Part shown: piece by piece, positions 39,401 to 54,743 of the stretch
Position numbering within the stretch: position 1 is the first letter of the stretch
Layout: every line of letters starts with the position of its first letter
Origin: Auanema rhodensis
Lineage: Eukaryota; Animalia; Nematoda
DNA length: 64,000 bases
NCBI GenBank assembly: GCA_964057225.1
Contig: OZ059896.1
Location: 1,860,001-1,924,000, forward strand
Direction of reading: 5' to 3'
Program-made: the position numbers and the translations under genes
Notes under the pieces: model-generated
The model's input: only the letters and a program-made list of their open reading frames with translations
The model's database searches: none
What the model was told of the DNA's origin: nothing

Positions 39401-42400
39401 AAAAGGAATCTAAAAACATCTACTTTTTGTGAAATTATTTTGAAATTTTTCGGGAAAATTTTTGTCAAAATGTTTTTGGAAGCATTGTTGAGTGTACATG
39501 GAAACTCAACATACACTAATGCATCATTTTTCAAACGATCATAACTAATTTTTGTATTGAGCGTTTCTCCATGTAGTATAGTGCATTCGATGCGGATTTT
39601 TAAGCTGCGTCGATCTGTGTTATCAGATTTGCGCTAGCTTGAAAATGAACCGAGATATCAACTGATATAGGTTCACACTTATATCCTCGATTTTCACCGT
39701 GAAGAATTAATTTTTTTGTTGAATAACAATGTCCATCGTCTTTGTCTTAAAAAAAGGAATCTAAAAACATCTACTTTTTGTGAAATTATTTTGAAATTTT
39801 TCGGGAAAATTTTTGTCAAAATGTTTTTGGAAGCATTGTTGAGTGTACATGGAAACTCAACATACACTAATGCATCATTTTTCAAACGATCATAACTAAT
39901 TTTTGTATTGAGCGTTTCTCCATGTAGTATAGTGCATTCGATGCGGATTTTTAAGCTGCGTCGATCTGTGTTATCAGATTTGCGCTAGCTTGAAAATGCA
40001 CCGAGATATCAACTGATATAGGTTCACACTTATATCCTCGATTTTCACCGTGAAGAATTAATTTTTTTGTTGAATAACAATGTCCATCGTCTTTGTCTTA
40101 AAAAAAGGAATCTAAAAACATCTACTTTTTGTGAAATTATTTTGAAATTTTTCGGGAAAATTTTTGTCAAAATGTTTTTGGAAGCATTGTTGAGTGTACA
40201 TGGAAACTCAACATACACTAATGCATCATTTTTCAAACGATCATAACTAATTTTTGTATTGAGCGTTTCTCCATGTAGTATAGTGCATTCGATGCGGATT
40301 TTTAAGCTGCGTCGATCTGTGTTATCAGATTTGCGCTAGCTTGAAAATGCACCGAGATATCAACTGATATAGGTTCACACTTATATCCTCGATTTTCACC
40401 CTGAAGATTCAATTTTTTCGTTGAATAACATTGTCCATCGTCTTTGTCTTGAAAAAAGGAATCTAAAAACATCTACTTTTTGTGAAATTATTTTGAAATT
40501 TTTCGGGAAAATTTTTGTCAAAATGTTTTTGGAAGCATTGTTGAGTGTACATGGAAACTCAACATACACTAATGCATCATTTTTCAAACGATCATAACTA
40601 ATTTTTGTATTGAGCGTTTCTCCATGTAGTATAGTGCATTCGATGCGGATTTTTAAGCTGCGTCGATCTGTGTTATCAGATTTGCGCTAGCTTGAAAATG
40701 CACCGAGATATCAACTGATATAGGTTCACACTTATATCCTCGATTTTCACCCTGAAGATTTAATTTTTTCGTTGAATAACATTGTCCATCGTCTTTGTCT
40801 TGAAAAAAGGAATCTAAAAACATCTACTTTTTGTGAAATTATTTTGAAATTTTTCGGGAAAATTTTTGTCAAAATGTTTTTGGAAGCATTGTTGAGTGTA
40901 CATGAAAACTCAACATACACTAATGCATCATTTTTCAAACGATCATAACTAATTTTTGTATTGAGCGTTTCTCCATGTAGTATAGTGCATTCGATGCGGA
41001 TTTTTAAGCTGCGTCGATCTGTGTTATCAGATTTGCGCTAGCTTGAAAATGCACCGAGATATCAACTGATATAGGTTCACACTTATATCCTCGATTTTCA
41101 CCGTGAAGAATTAATTTTTTTGTTGAATAACAATGTCCATCGTCTTTGTCTTAAAAAAAGGAATCTAAAAACATCTACTTTTTGTGAAATTATTTTGAAA
41201 TTTTTCGGGAAAATTTTTGTCAAAATGTTTTTGGAAGCATTGTTGAGTGTACATGGAAACTCAACATACACTAATGCATCATTTTTCAAACGATCATAAC
41301 TAATTTTTGTATTGAGCGTTTCTCCATGTAGTATAGTGCATTCGATGCGGATTTTTAAGCTGCGTCGATCTGTGTTATCAGATTTGCGCTAGCTTGAAAA
41401 TGCACCGAGATATCAACTGATATAGGTTCACACTTATATCCTCGATTTTCACCCTGAAGATTTAATTTTTTCGTTGAATAACATTGTCCATCGTCTTTGT
41501 CTTGAAAAAAGGAATCTAAAAACATCTACTTTTTGTGAAATTATTTTGAAATTTTTCGGGAAAATTTTTGTCAAAATGTTTTTGGAAGCATTGTTGAGTG
41601 TACATGGAAACTCAACATACACTAATGCATCATTTTTCAAACGATCATAACTAATTTTTGTATTGAGCGTTTCTCCATGTAGTATAGTGCATTCGATGCG
41701 GATTTTTAAGCTGCGTCGATCTGTGTTATCAGATTTGCGCTAGCTTGAAAATGCACCGAGATATCAACTGATATAGGTTCACACTTATATCCTCGATTTT
41801 CACCCTGAAGATTTAATTTTTTCGTTGAATAACATTGTCCATCGTCTTTGTCTTGAAAAAAGGAATCTAAAAACATCTACTTTTTGTGAAATTATTTTGA
41901 AATTTTTCGGGAAAATTTTTGTCAAAATGTTTTTGGAAGCATTGTTGAGTGTACATGAAAACTCAACATACACTAATGCATCATTTTTCAAACGATCATA
42001 ACTAATTTTTGTATTGAGCGTTTCTCCATGTAGTATAGTGCATTCGATGCGGATTTTTAAGCTGCGTCGATCTGTGTTATCAGATTTGCGCTAGCTTAAA
42101 AATGCACCGAGATATCAACTGATATAAGTTCACACTTATATCCTCGATTTTCACCCTGAAGAATTAATTTTTTTGTTGAATAACAATGTCCATCGTCTTT
42201 GTCTTGAAAAAAGGAATCTAAAAACATCTACTTTTTGTGAAATTATTTTGAAATTTTTCGGGAAAATTTTTGTCAAAATGTTTTTGGAAGCAATGTTGAG
42301 TGTACATGGAAACTCAACATACACTAATGCATCATTTTTCAAACGATCATAACTAATTTTTGTTTTGAGTGTTTCCCAATGTAGTATAGTGCATTCGATG

Positions 42401-43163
42401 CGGATTTTTAAGCTGCGTCGATCTGTGTTATCAGATTTGCGCTAGCTTGAAAATGCACCGAGATATCAACTGATATAGGTTCACACTTATATCCTCGATT
42501 TTCACCGTGAAGAATTAATTTTTTCGTTGAATAACATTGTCCATCGTCTTTGTCTTGAAAAAAGGAATCTAAAAACATCTACTTTTTGCGAAATTATTTT
42601 GAAATTTTTCGAAAAAGTTTTGTCAAAATGTTTTTGGAAGCAATGTTGAGTGTACATGGAAACTCAACATACACTAATGCATCATTTTTCAAACGATCAT
42701 AACTAATTTTTGTGATGAGCGTTTCTCCATGTAGTATAGTGCATTCGATGCGGATTTTTAAGCTGCGTCGATCTGTGTTATCAGATTTGCGCTAGCTTAA
42801 AAATGCACCGAGATATCAACTGATATAAGTTCACACTTATATCCTCGATTTTCACCCTGAAGAATTAATTTTTTCGTTGAATAACAATGTCCATCGTCTT
42901 TGTCTTGAAAAAAGGAATCTAAAAACATCTACTTTTTGTAAATTTATTCTGAAATTTTTCGGGAAAATGTTTGTCAAAATGTTTTTGGAAGCAATGTTGA
43001 GTGTACATGGAAACTCAACATACACTAATGCATCATTTTTCAAACAATCATAACTAATTTTTGTATTGAGCGTTTCTTAATGTAGTATAGTACATTCGAT
43101 GCGGATTTTTAAGCTGCGTCGATCTGTGTTATCAGATTTGCGCTAGCTTAAAAATGCACCGAG

Positions 43164-46100
43164 ATATCAACTGATATAAGTTCACACTTATATCCTCGAT
43201 TTTCACCCTGAAGAATTAATTTTTTTGTTGAATAACAATGTCCATCGTCTTTGTCTTGAAAAAAGGAATCTAAAAACATCTACTTTTTGTGAAATTATTT
43301 TGAAATTTTTCGGGAAAATTTTTGTCAAAATGTTTTTGGAAGCAATGTTGAGTGTACATGGAAACTCAACATACACTAATGCATCATTTTTCAAACGATC
43401 ATAACTAATTTTTGTATTGAGCGTTTCTCCATGTAGTATAGTGCATTCGATGCGGATTTTTAAGCTGCGTCGATCTGTGTTATCAGATTTGCGCTAGCTT
43501 GAAAATGCACCGAGATATCAACTGATATAGGTTCACACTTATATCCTCGATTTTCACCGTGAAGAATTAATTTTTTCGTTGAATAACATTGTCCATCGTC
43601 TTTGTCTTGAAAAAAGGAATCTAAAAACATCTACTTTTTGCGAAATTATTTTGAAATTTTTCGAAAAAGTTTTGTCAAAATGTTTTTGGAAGCAATGTTG
43701 AGTGTACATGGAAACTCAACATACACTAATGCATCATTTTTCAAACGATCATAACTAATTTTTGTGATGAGCGTTTCTCCATGTAGTATAGTGCATTCGA
43801 TGCGGATTTTTAAGCTGCGTCGATCTGTGTTATCAGATTTGCGCTAGCTTAAAAATGCACCGAGATATCAACTGATATAAGTTCACACTTATATCCTCGA
43901 TTTTCACCCTGAAGAATTAATTTTTTCGTTGAATAACAATGTCCATCGTCTTTGTCTTGAAAAAAGGAATCTAAAAACATCTACTTTTTGTAAATTTATT
44001 CTGAAATTTTTCGGGAAAATGTTTGTCAAAATGTTTTTGGAAGCAATGTTGAGTGTACATGGAAACTCAACATACACTAATGCATCATTTTTCAAACAAT
44101 CATAACTAATTTTTGTATTGAGCGTTTCTTAATGTAGTATAGTACATTCGATGCGGATTTTTAAGCTGCGTCGATCTGTGTTATCAGATTTGCGCTAGCT
44201 TAAAAATGCACCGAGATATCAACTGATATAAGTTCACACTTATATCCTCGATTTTCACCCTGAAGAATTAATTTTTTTGTTGAATAACAATGTCCATCGT
44301 CTTTGTCTTGAAAAAAGGAATCTAAAAACATCTACTTTTTGTGAAATTATTTTGAAATTTTTCGGGAAAATTTTTGTCAAAATGTTTTTGGAAGCAATGT
44401 TGAGTGTACATGGAAACTCAACATACACTAATGCATCATTTTTCAAACGATCATAACTAATTTTTGTATTGAGCGTTTCTCCATGTAGTATAGTGCATTC
44501 GATGCGGATTTTTAAGCTGCGTCGATCTGTGTTATCAGATTTGCGCTAGCTTGAAAATGCACCGAGATATCAACTGATATAGGTTCACACTTATATCCTC
44601 GATTTTCACCGTGAAGAATTAATTTTTTTGTTGAATAACAATGTCCATCGTCTTTGTCTTGAAAAAAGGAATCTAAAAACATCTACTTTTTGTGAAATTA
44701 TTTCGAAATTTTTCGGGAAAATGTTTGTCAAAATGTTTTTGGAAGCAATGTTGAGTGTACATGGAAACTCAACATACACTAATGCATCATTTTTCAAACG
44801 ATCATAACTAATTTTTGTATTGAGCGTTTCTCCATGTAGTATAGTGCATTCGATGCGGATTTTTAAGCTGCGTCGATCTGTGTTATCAGATTTGCGCTAG
44901 CTTGAAAATGAACCGAGATATCAACTGATATAGGTTCACACTTATATCCTCGATTTTCACCGTGAAGAATTAATTTTTTTGTTGAATAACAATGTCCATC
45001 GTCTTTGTCTTGAAAAAAGGAATCTAAAAACATCTACTTTTTGTGAAATTATTTTGAAATTTTTCGTGAAAATTTTTGTCAAAATGTTTTTGGAAGCATT
45101 GTTGAGTGTACATGGAAACTCAACATACACTAATGCATCATTTTTCAAACGATCATAACTAATTTTTGTATTGAGCGTTTCTCCATGTAGTATAGTGCAT
45201 TCGATGCGGATTTTTAAGCTGCGTCGATCTGTGTTATCAGATTTGCGCTAGCTTGAAAATGCACCGAGATATCAACTGATATAGGTTCACACTTATATCC
45301 TCGATTTTCACCGTGAAGAATTAATTTTTTTGTTGAATAACAATGTCCATCGTCTTTGTCTTAAAAAAAGGAATCTAAAAACATCTACTTTTTGTGAAAT
45401 TATTTTGAAATTTTTCGGGAAAATTTTTGTCAAAATGTTTTTGGAAGCATTGTTGAGTGTACATGGAAACTCAACATACACTAATGCATCATTTTTCAAA
45501 CGATCATAACTAATTTTTGTATTGAGCGTTTCTCCATGTAGTATAGTGCATTCGATGCGGATTTTTAAGCTGCGTCGATCTGTGTTATCAGATTTGCGCT
45601 AGCTTAAAAATGCACCGAGATATCAACTGATATAAGTTCACACTTATATCCTCGATTTTCACCCTGAAGAATTAATTTTTTTGTTGAATAACAATGTCCA
45701 TCGTCTTTGTCTTGAAAAAAGGAATCTAAAAACATCTACTTTTTGTGAAATTATTTTGAAATTTTTCGGGAAAATTTTTGTCAAAATGTTTTTGGAAGCA
45801 ATGTTGAGTGTACATGGAAACTCAACATACACTAATGCATCATTTTTCAAACGATCATAACTAATTTTTGTTTTGAGTGTTTCCCAATGTAGTATAGTGC
45901 ATTCGATGCGGATTTTTAAGCTGCGTCGATCTGTGTTATCAGATTTGCGCTAGCTTGAAAATGCACCGAGATATCAACTGATATAGGTTCACACTTATAT
46001 CCTCGATTTTCACCGTGAAGAATTAATTTTTTCGTTGAATAACATTGTCCATCGTCTTTGTCTTGAAAAAAGGAATCTAAAAACATCTACTTTTTGCGAA

Positions 46101-48075
46101 ATTATTTTGAAATTTTTCGAAAAAGTTTTGTCAAAATGTTTTTGGAAGCAATGTTGAGTGTACATGGAAACTCAACATACACTAATGCATCATTTTTCAA
46201 ACGATCATAACTAATTTTTGTGATGAGCGTTTCTCCATGTAGTATAGTGCATTCGATGCGGATTTTTAAGCTGCGTCGATCTGTGTTATCAGATTTGCGC
46301 TAGCTTAAAAATGCACCGAGATATCAACTGATATAAGTTCACACTTATATCCTCGATTTTCACCCTGAAGAATTAATTTTTTCGTTGAATAACAATGTCC
46401 ATCGTCTTTGTCTTGAAAAAAGGAATCTAAAAACATCTACTTTTTGTAAATTTATTCTGAAATTTTTCGGGAAAATGTTTGTCAAAATGTTTTTGGAAGC
46501 AATGTTGAGTGTACATGGAAACTCAACATACACTAATGCATCATTTTTCAAACAATCATAACTAATTTTTGTATTGAGCGTTTCTTAATGTAGTATAGTA
46601 CATTCGATGCGGATTTTTAAGCTGCGTCGATCTGTGTTATCAGATTTGCGCTAGCTTAAAAATGCACCGAGATATCAACTGATATAAGTTCACACTTATA
46701 TCCTCGATTTTCACCCTGAAGAATTAATTTTTTTGTTGAATAACAATGTCCATCGTCTTTGTCTTGAAAAAAGGAATCTAAAAACATCTACTTTTTGTGA
46801 AATTATTTTGAAATTTTTCGGGAAAATTTTTGTCAAAATGTTTTTGGAAGCAATGTTGAGTGTACATGGAAACTCAACATACACTAATGCATCATTTTTC
46901 AAACGATCATAACTAATTTTTGTATTGAGCGTTTCTCCATGTAGTATAGTGCATTCGATGCGGATTTTTAAGCTGCGTCGATCTGTGTTATCAGATTTGC
47001 GCTAGCTTGAAAATGCACCGAGATATCAACTGATATAGGTTCACACTTATATCCTCGATTTTCACCGTGAAGAATTAATTTTTTTGTTGAATAACAATGT
47101 CCATCGTCTTTGTCTTGAAAAAAGGAATCTAAAAACATCTACTTTTTGTGAAATTATTTCGAAATTTTTCGGGAAAATGTTTGTCAAAATGTTTTTGGAA
47201 GCAATGTTGAGTGTACATGGAAACTCAACATACACTAATGCATCATTTTTCAAACGATCATAACTAATTTTTGTATTGAGCGTTTCTCCATGTAGTATAG
47301 TGCATTCGATGCGGATTTTTAAGCTGCGTCGATCTGTGTTATCAGATTTGCGCTAGCTTGAAAATGAACCGAGATATCAACTGATATAGGTTCACACTTA
47401 TATCCTCGATTTTCACCGTGAAGAATTAATTTTTTTGTTGAATAACAATGTCCATCGTCTTTGTCTTGAAAAAAGGAATCTAAAAACATCTACTTTTTGT
47501 GAAATTATTTTGAAATTTTTCGTGAAAATTTTTGTCAAAATGTTTTTGGAAGCATTGTTGAGTGTACATGGAAACTCAACATACACTAATGCATCATTTT
47601 TCAAACGATCATAACTAATTTTTGTATTGAGCGTTTCTCCATGTAGTATAGTGCATTCGATGCGGATTTTTAAGCTGCGTCGATCTGTGTTATCAGATTT
47701 GCGCTAGCTTGAAAATGCACCGAGATATCAACTGATATAGGTTCACACTTATATCCTCGATTTTCACCGTGAAGAATTAATTTTTTTGTTGAATAACAAT
47801 GTCCATCGTCTTTGTCTTAAAAAAAGGAATCTAAAAACATCTACTTTTTGTGAAATTATTTTGAAATTTTTCGGGAAAATTTTTGTCAAAATGTTTTTGG
47901 AAGCATTGTTGAGTGTACATGGAAACTCAACATACACTAATGCATCATTTTTCAAACGATCATAACTAATTTTTGTATTGAGCGTTTCTCCATGTAGTAT
48001 AGTGCATTCGATGCGGATTTTTAAGCTGCGTCGATCTGTGTTATCAGATTTGCGCTAGCTTGAAAATGAACCGAG
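43164..48075. repeat. Tandem duplication of a 7-monomer unit (2456 bp)
   Basis: ORF-track haplotypes 43203-45308 match 45659-47764 in order, including the 350-bp monomer. Confidence 0.85.
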
Positions 48076-49128
48076 ATATCAACTGATATAGGTTCACACT
48101 TATATCCTCGATTTTCACCGTGAAGAATTAATTTTTTTGTTGAATAACAATGTCCATCGTCTTTGTCTTAAAAAAAGGAATCTAAAAACATCTACTTTTT
48201 GTGAAATTATTTTGAAATTTTTCGGGAAAATTTTTGTCAAAATGTTTTTGGAAGCATTGTTGAGTGTACATGGAAACTCAACATACACTAATGCATCATT
48301 TTTCAAACGATCATAACTAATTTTTGTATTGAGCGTTTCTCCATGTAGTATAGTGCATTCGATGCGGATTTTTAAGCTGCGTCGATCTGTGTTATCAGAT
48401 TTGCGCTAGCTTGAAAATGCACCGAGATATCAACTGATATAGGTTCACACTTATATCCTCGATTTTCACCGTGAAGAATTAATTTTTTTGTTGAATAACA
48501 ATGTCCATCGTCTTTGTCTTAAAAAAAGGAATCTAAAAACATCTACTTTTTGTGAAATTATTTTGAAATTTTTCGGGAAAATTTTTGTCAAAATGTTTTT
48601 GGAAGCATTGTTGAGTGTACATGGAAACTCAACATACACTAATGCATCATTTTTCAAACGATCATAACTAATTTTTGTATTGAGCGTTTCTCCATGTAGT
48701 ATAGTGCATTCGATGCGGATTTTTAAGCTGCGTCGATCTGAGTTATCAGATTTGCGCTAGCTTGAAAATGCACCGAGATATCAACTGATATAGGTTCACA
48801 CTTATATCCTCGATTTTCACCCTGAAGATTCAATTTTTTCGTTGAATAACATTGTCCATCGTCTTTGTCTTGAAAAAAGGAATCTAAAAACATCTACTTT
48901 TTGTGAAATTATTTTGAAATTTTTCGGGAAAATTTTTGTCAAAATGTTTTTGGAAGCATTGTTGAGTGTACATGGAAACTCAACATACACTAATGCATCA
49001 TTTTTCAAACGATCATAACTAATTTTTGTATTGAGCGTTTCTCCATGTAGTATAGTGCATTCGATGCGGATTTTTAAGCTGCGTCGATCTGTGTTATCAG
49101 ATTTGCGCTAGCTTGAAAATGCACCGAG

Positions 49129-51936
49129 ATATCAACTGATATAGGTTCACACTTATATCCTCGATTTTCACCCTGAAGATTTAATTTTTTCGTTGAATAA
49201 CATTGTCCATCGTCTTTGTCTTGAAAAAAGGAATCTAAAAACATCTACTTTTTGTGAAATTATTTTGAAATTTTTCGGGAAAATTTTTGTCAAAATGTTT
49301 TTGGAAGCATTGTTGAGTGTACATGAAAACTCAACATACACTAATGCATCATTTTTCAAACGATCATAACTAATTTTTGTATTGAGCGTTTCTCCATGTA
49401 GTATAGTGCATTCGATGCGGATTTTTAAGCTGCGTCGATCTGTGTTATCAGATTTGCGCTAGCTTGAAAATGCACCGAGATATCAACTGATATAGGTTCA
49501 CACTTATATCCTCGATTTTCACCGTGAAGATTTAATTTTTTTGTTGAATAACAATGTCCATCGTCTTTGTCTTAAAAAAAGGAATCTAAAAACATCTACT
49601 TTTTGTGAAATTATTTTGAAATTTTTCGGGAAAATTTTTGTCAAAATGTTTTTGGAAGCATTGTTGAGTGTACATGGAAACTCAACATACACTAATGCAT
49701 CATTTTTCAAACGATCATAACTAATTTTTGTATTGAGCGTTTCTCCATGTAGTATAGTGCATTCGATGCGGATTTTTAAGCTGCGTCGATCTGTGTTATC
49801 AGATTTGCGCTAGCTTGAAAATGCACCGAGATATCAACTGATATAGGTTCACACTTATATCCTCGATTTTCACCCTGAAGATTTAATTTTTTCGTTGAAT
49901 AACATTGTCCATCGTCTTTGTCTTGAAAAAAGGAATCTAAAAACATCTACTTTTTGTGAAATTATTTTGAAATTTTTCGGGAAAATTTTTGTCAAAATGT
50001 TTTTGGAAGCATTGTTGAGTGTACATGAAAACTCAACATACACTAATGCATCATTTTTCAAACGATCATAACTAATTTTTGTATTGAGCGTTTCTCCATG
50101 TAGTATAGTGCATTCGATGCGGATTTTTAAGCTGCGTCGATCTGTGTTATCAGATTTGCGCTAGCTTGAAAATGCACCGAGATATCAACTGATATAGGTT
50201 CACACTTATATCCTCGATTTTCACCGTGAAGAATTAATTTTTTTGTTGAATAACAATGTCCATCGTCTTTGTCTTAAAAAAAGGAATCTAAAAACATCTA
50301 CTTTTTGTGAAATTATTTTGAAATTTTTCGGGAAAATTTTTGTCAAAATGTTTTTGGAAGCATTGTTGAGTGTACATGGAAACTCAACATACACTAATGC
50401 ATCATTTTTCAAACGATCATAACTAATTTTTGTATTGAGCGTTTCTCCATGTAGTATAGTGCATTCGATGCGGATTTTTAAGCTGCGTCGATCTGTGTTA
50501 TCAGATTTGCGCTAGCTTGAAAATGCACCGAGATATCAACTGATATAGGTTCACACTTATATCCTCGATTTTCACCCTGAAGATTTAATTTTTTCGTTGA
50601 ATAACATTGTCCATCGTCTTTGTCTTGAAAAAAGGAATCTAAAAACATCTACTTTTTGTGAAATTATTTTGAAATTTTTCGGGAAAATTTTTGTCAAAAT
50701 GTTTTTGGAAGCATTGTTGAGTGTACATGAAAACTCAACATACACTAATGCATCATTTTTCAAACGATCATAACTAATTTTTGTATTGAGCGTTTCTCCA
50801 TGTAGTATAGTGCATTCGATGCGGATTTTTAAGCTGCGTCGATCTGTGTTATCAGATTTGCGCTAGCTTGAAAATGCACCGAGATATCAACTGATATAGG
50901 TTCACACTTATATCCTCGATTTTCACCGTGAAGAATTAATTTTTTTGTTGAATAACAATGTCCATCGTCTTTGTCTTAAAAAAAGGAATCTAAAAACATC
51001 TACTTTTTGTGAAATTATTTTGAAATTTTTCGGGAAAATTTTTGTCAAAATGTTTTTGGAAGCATTGTTGAGTGTACATGGAAACTCAACATACACTAAT
51101 GCATCATTTTTCAAACGATCATAACTAATTTTTGTATTGAGCGTTTCTCCATGTAGTATAGTGCATTCGATGCGGATTTTTAAGCTGCGTCGATCTGTGT
51201 TATCAGATTTGCGCTAGCTTGAAAATGCACCGAGATATCAACTGATATAGGTTCACACTTATATCCTCGATTTTCACCCTGAAGATTTAATTTTTTCGTT
51301 GAATAACATTGTCCATCGTCTTTGTCTTGAAAAAAGGAATCTAAAAACATCTACTTTTTGTGAAATTATTTTGAAATTTTTCGGGAAAATTTTTGTCAAA
51401 ATGTTTTTGGAAGCATTGTTGAGTGTACATGAAAACTCAACATACACTAATGCATCATTTTTCAAACGATCATAACTAATTTTTGTATTGAGCGTTTCTC
51501 CATGTAGTATAGTGCATTCGATGCGGATTTTTAAGCTGCGTCGATCTGTGTTATCAGATTTGCGCTAGCTTGAAAATGCACCGAGATATCAACTGATATA
51601 GGTTCACACTTATATCCTCGATTTTCACCGTGAAGAATTAATTTTTTTGTTGAATAACAATGTCCATCGTCTTTGTCTTAAAAAAAGGAATCTAAAAACA
51701 TCTACTTTTTGTGAAATTATTTTGAAATTTTTCGGGAAAATTTTTGTCAAAATGTTTTTGGAAGCATTGTTGAGTGTACATGGAAACTCAACATACACTA
51801 ATGCATCATTTTTCAAACGATCATAACTAATTTTTGTATTGAGCGTTTCTCCATGTAGTATAGTGCATTCGATGCGGATTTTTAAGCTGCGTCGATCTGT
51901 GTTATCAGATTTGCGCTAGCTTGAAAATGCACCGAG
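49129..51936. repeat. Dimer (702 bp) repeated four times
   Basis: Strict alternation of the CATGAAAACT monomer and the CTTAAAAAAAGG monomer over 8 monomers. Confidence 0.88.
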
Positions 51937-54743
51937 ATATCAACTGATATAGGTTCACACTTATATCCTCGATTTTCACCCTGAAGATTTAATTTTTTCG
52001 TTGAATAACATTGTCCATCGTCTTTGTCTTGAAAAAAGGAATCTAAAAACATCTACTTTTTGTGAAATTATTTTGAAATTTTTCGGGAAAATTTTTGTCA
52101 AAATGTTTTTGGAAGCATTGTTGAGTGTACATGGAAACTCAACATACACTAATGCATCATTTTTCAAACGATCATAACTAATTTTTGTATTGAGCGTTTC
52201 TCCATGTAGTATAGTGCATTCGATGCGGATTTTTAAGCTGCGTCGATCTGTGTTATCAGATTTGCGCTAGCTTGAAAATGCACCGAGATATCAACTGATA
52301 TAGGTTCACACTTATATCCTCGATTTTCACCCTGAAGATTTAATTTTTTCGTTGAATAACATTGTCCATCGTCTTTGTCTTGAAAAAAGGAATCTAAAAA
52401 CATCTACTTTTTGTGAAATTATTTTGAAATTTTTCGGGAAAATTTTTGTCAAAATGTTTTTGGAAGCATTGTTGAGTGTACATGAAAACTCAACATACAC
52501 TAATGCATCATTTTTCAAACGATCATAACTAATTTTTGTATTGAGCGTTTCTCCATGTAGTATAGTGCATTCGATGCGGATTTTTAAGCTGCGTCGATCT
52601 GTGTTATCAGATTTGCGCTAGCTTAAAAATGCACCGAGATATCAACTGATATAAGTTCACACTTATATCCTCGATTTTCACCCTGAAGAATTAATTTTTT
52701 TGTTGAATAACAATGTCCATCGTCTTTGTCTTGAAAAAAGGAATCTAAAAACATCTACTTTTTGTGAAATTATTTTGAAATTTTTCGGGAAAATTTTTGT
52801 CAAAATGTTTTTGGAAGCAATGTTGAGTGTACATGGAAACTCAACATACACTAATGCATCATTTTTCAAACGATCATAACTAATTTTTGTTTTGAGTGTT
52901 TCCCAATGTAGTATAGTGCATTCGATGCGGATTTTTAAGCTGCGTCGATCTGTGTTATCAGATTTGCGCTAGCTTGAAAATGCACCGAGATATCAACTGA
53001 TATAGGTTCACACTTATATCCTCGATTTTCACCGTGAAGAATTAATTTTTTCGTTGAATAACATTGTCCATCGTCTTTGTCTTGAAAAAAGGAATCTAAA
53101 AACATCTACTTTTTGCGAAATTATTTTGAAATTTTTCGAAAAAGTTTTGTCAAAATGTTTTTGGAAGCAATGTTGAGTGTACATGGAAACTCAACATACA
53201 CTAATGCATCATTTTTCAAACGATCATAACTAATTTTTGTGATGAGCGTTTCTCCATGTAGTATAGTGCATTCGATGCGGATTTTTAAGCTGCGTCGATC
53301 TGTGTTATCAGATTTGCGCTAGCTTAAAAATGCACCGAGATATCAACTGATATAAGTTCACACTTATATCCTCGATTTTCACCCTGAAGAATTAATTTTT
53401 TCGTTGAATAACAATGTCCATCGTCTTTGTCTTGAAAAAAGGAATCTAAAAACATCTACTTTTTGTAAATTTATTCTGAAATTTTTCGGGAAAATGTTTG
53501 TCAAAATGTTTTTGGAAGCAATGTTGAGTGTACATGGAAACTCAACATACACTAATGCATCATTTTTCAAACAATCATAACTAATTTTTGTATTGAGCGT
53601 TTCTTAATGTAGTATAGTACATTCGATGCGGATTTTTAAGCTGCGTCGATCTGTGTTATCAGATTTGCGCTAGCTTAAAAATGAACCGAGATATCAACTG
53701 ATATAGGTTCACACTTATATCCTCGATTTTCACCCTGAAGATTTAATTTTTTCGTTGAATAACATTGTCCATCGTCTTTGTCTTGAAAAAAGGAATCTAA
53801 AAACATCTACTTTTTGTGAAATTATTTCGAAATTTTTCGGGAAAATTTTTGTCAAAATGTTTTTGGAAGCATTGTTGAGTGTACATGGAAACTCAACATA
53901 CACTAATGCATCATTTTTCAAACGATCATAACTAATTTTTGTATTGAGCGTTTCTCCATGTAGTATAGTGCATTCGATGCGGATTTTTAAGCTGCGTCGA
54001 TCTGTGTTATCAGATTTGCGCTAGCTTGAAAATGCACCGAGATATCAACTGATATAGGTTCACACTTATATCCTCGATTTTCACCGTGAAGAATTAATTT
54101 TTTTGTTGAATAACAATGTCCATCGTCTTTGTCTTGAAAAAAGGAATCTAAAAACATCTACTTTTTGTGAAATTATTTCGAAATTTTTCGGGAAAATTTT
54201 TGTCAAAATGTTTTTGGAAGCATTGTTGAGTGTACATGGAAACTCAACATACACTAATGCATCATTTTTCAAACGATCATAACTAATTTTTGTATTGAGC
54301 GTTTCTCCATGTAGTATAGTGCATTCGATGCGGATTTTTAAGCTGCGTCGATCTGTGTTATCAGATTTGCGCTAGCTTGAAAATGCACCGAGATATCAAC
54401 TGATATAGGTTCACACTTATATCCTCGATTTTCACCGTGAAGAATTAATTTTTTTGTTGAATAACAATGTCCATCGTCTTTGTCTTGAAAAAAGGAATCT
54501 AAAAACATCTACTTTTTGTGAAATTATTTTGAAATTTTTCGTGAAAATTTTTGTCAAAATGTTTTTGGAAGCATTGTTGAGTGTACATGGAAACTCAACA
54601 TACACTAATGCATCATTTTTCAAACGATCATAACTAATTTTTGTATTGAGCGTTTCTCCATGTAGTATAGTGCATTCGATGCGGATTTTTAAGCTGCGTC
54701 GATCTGTGTTATCAGATTTGCGCTAGCTTGAAAATGCACCGAG

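Larger units (their letters stand above)
38953..53690. repeat. 12-monomer block (38953-43163) re-occurring at 47374-53690 with an internal dimer expansion
   Basis: Private GATTCAA variant at 40410 and 48831 (offset 8421 = 24 monomers minus 3 bp). Both copies end with the TGTTTTGAG monomer, a 350-bp monomer and an R-type monomer. Confidence 0.85.
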
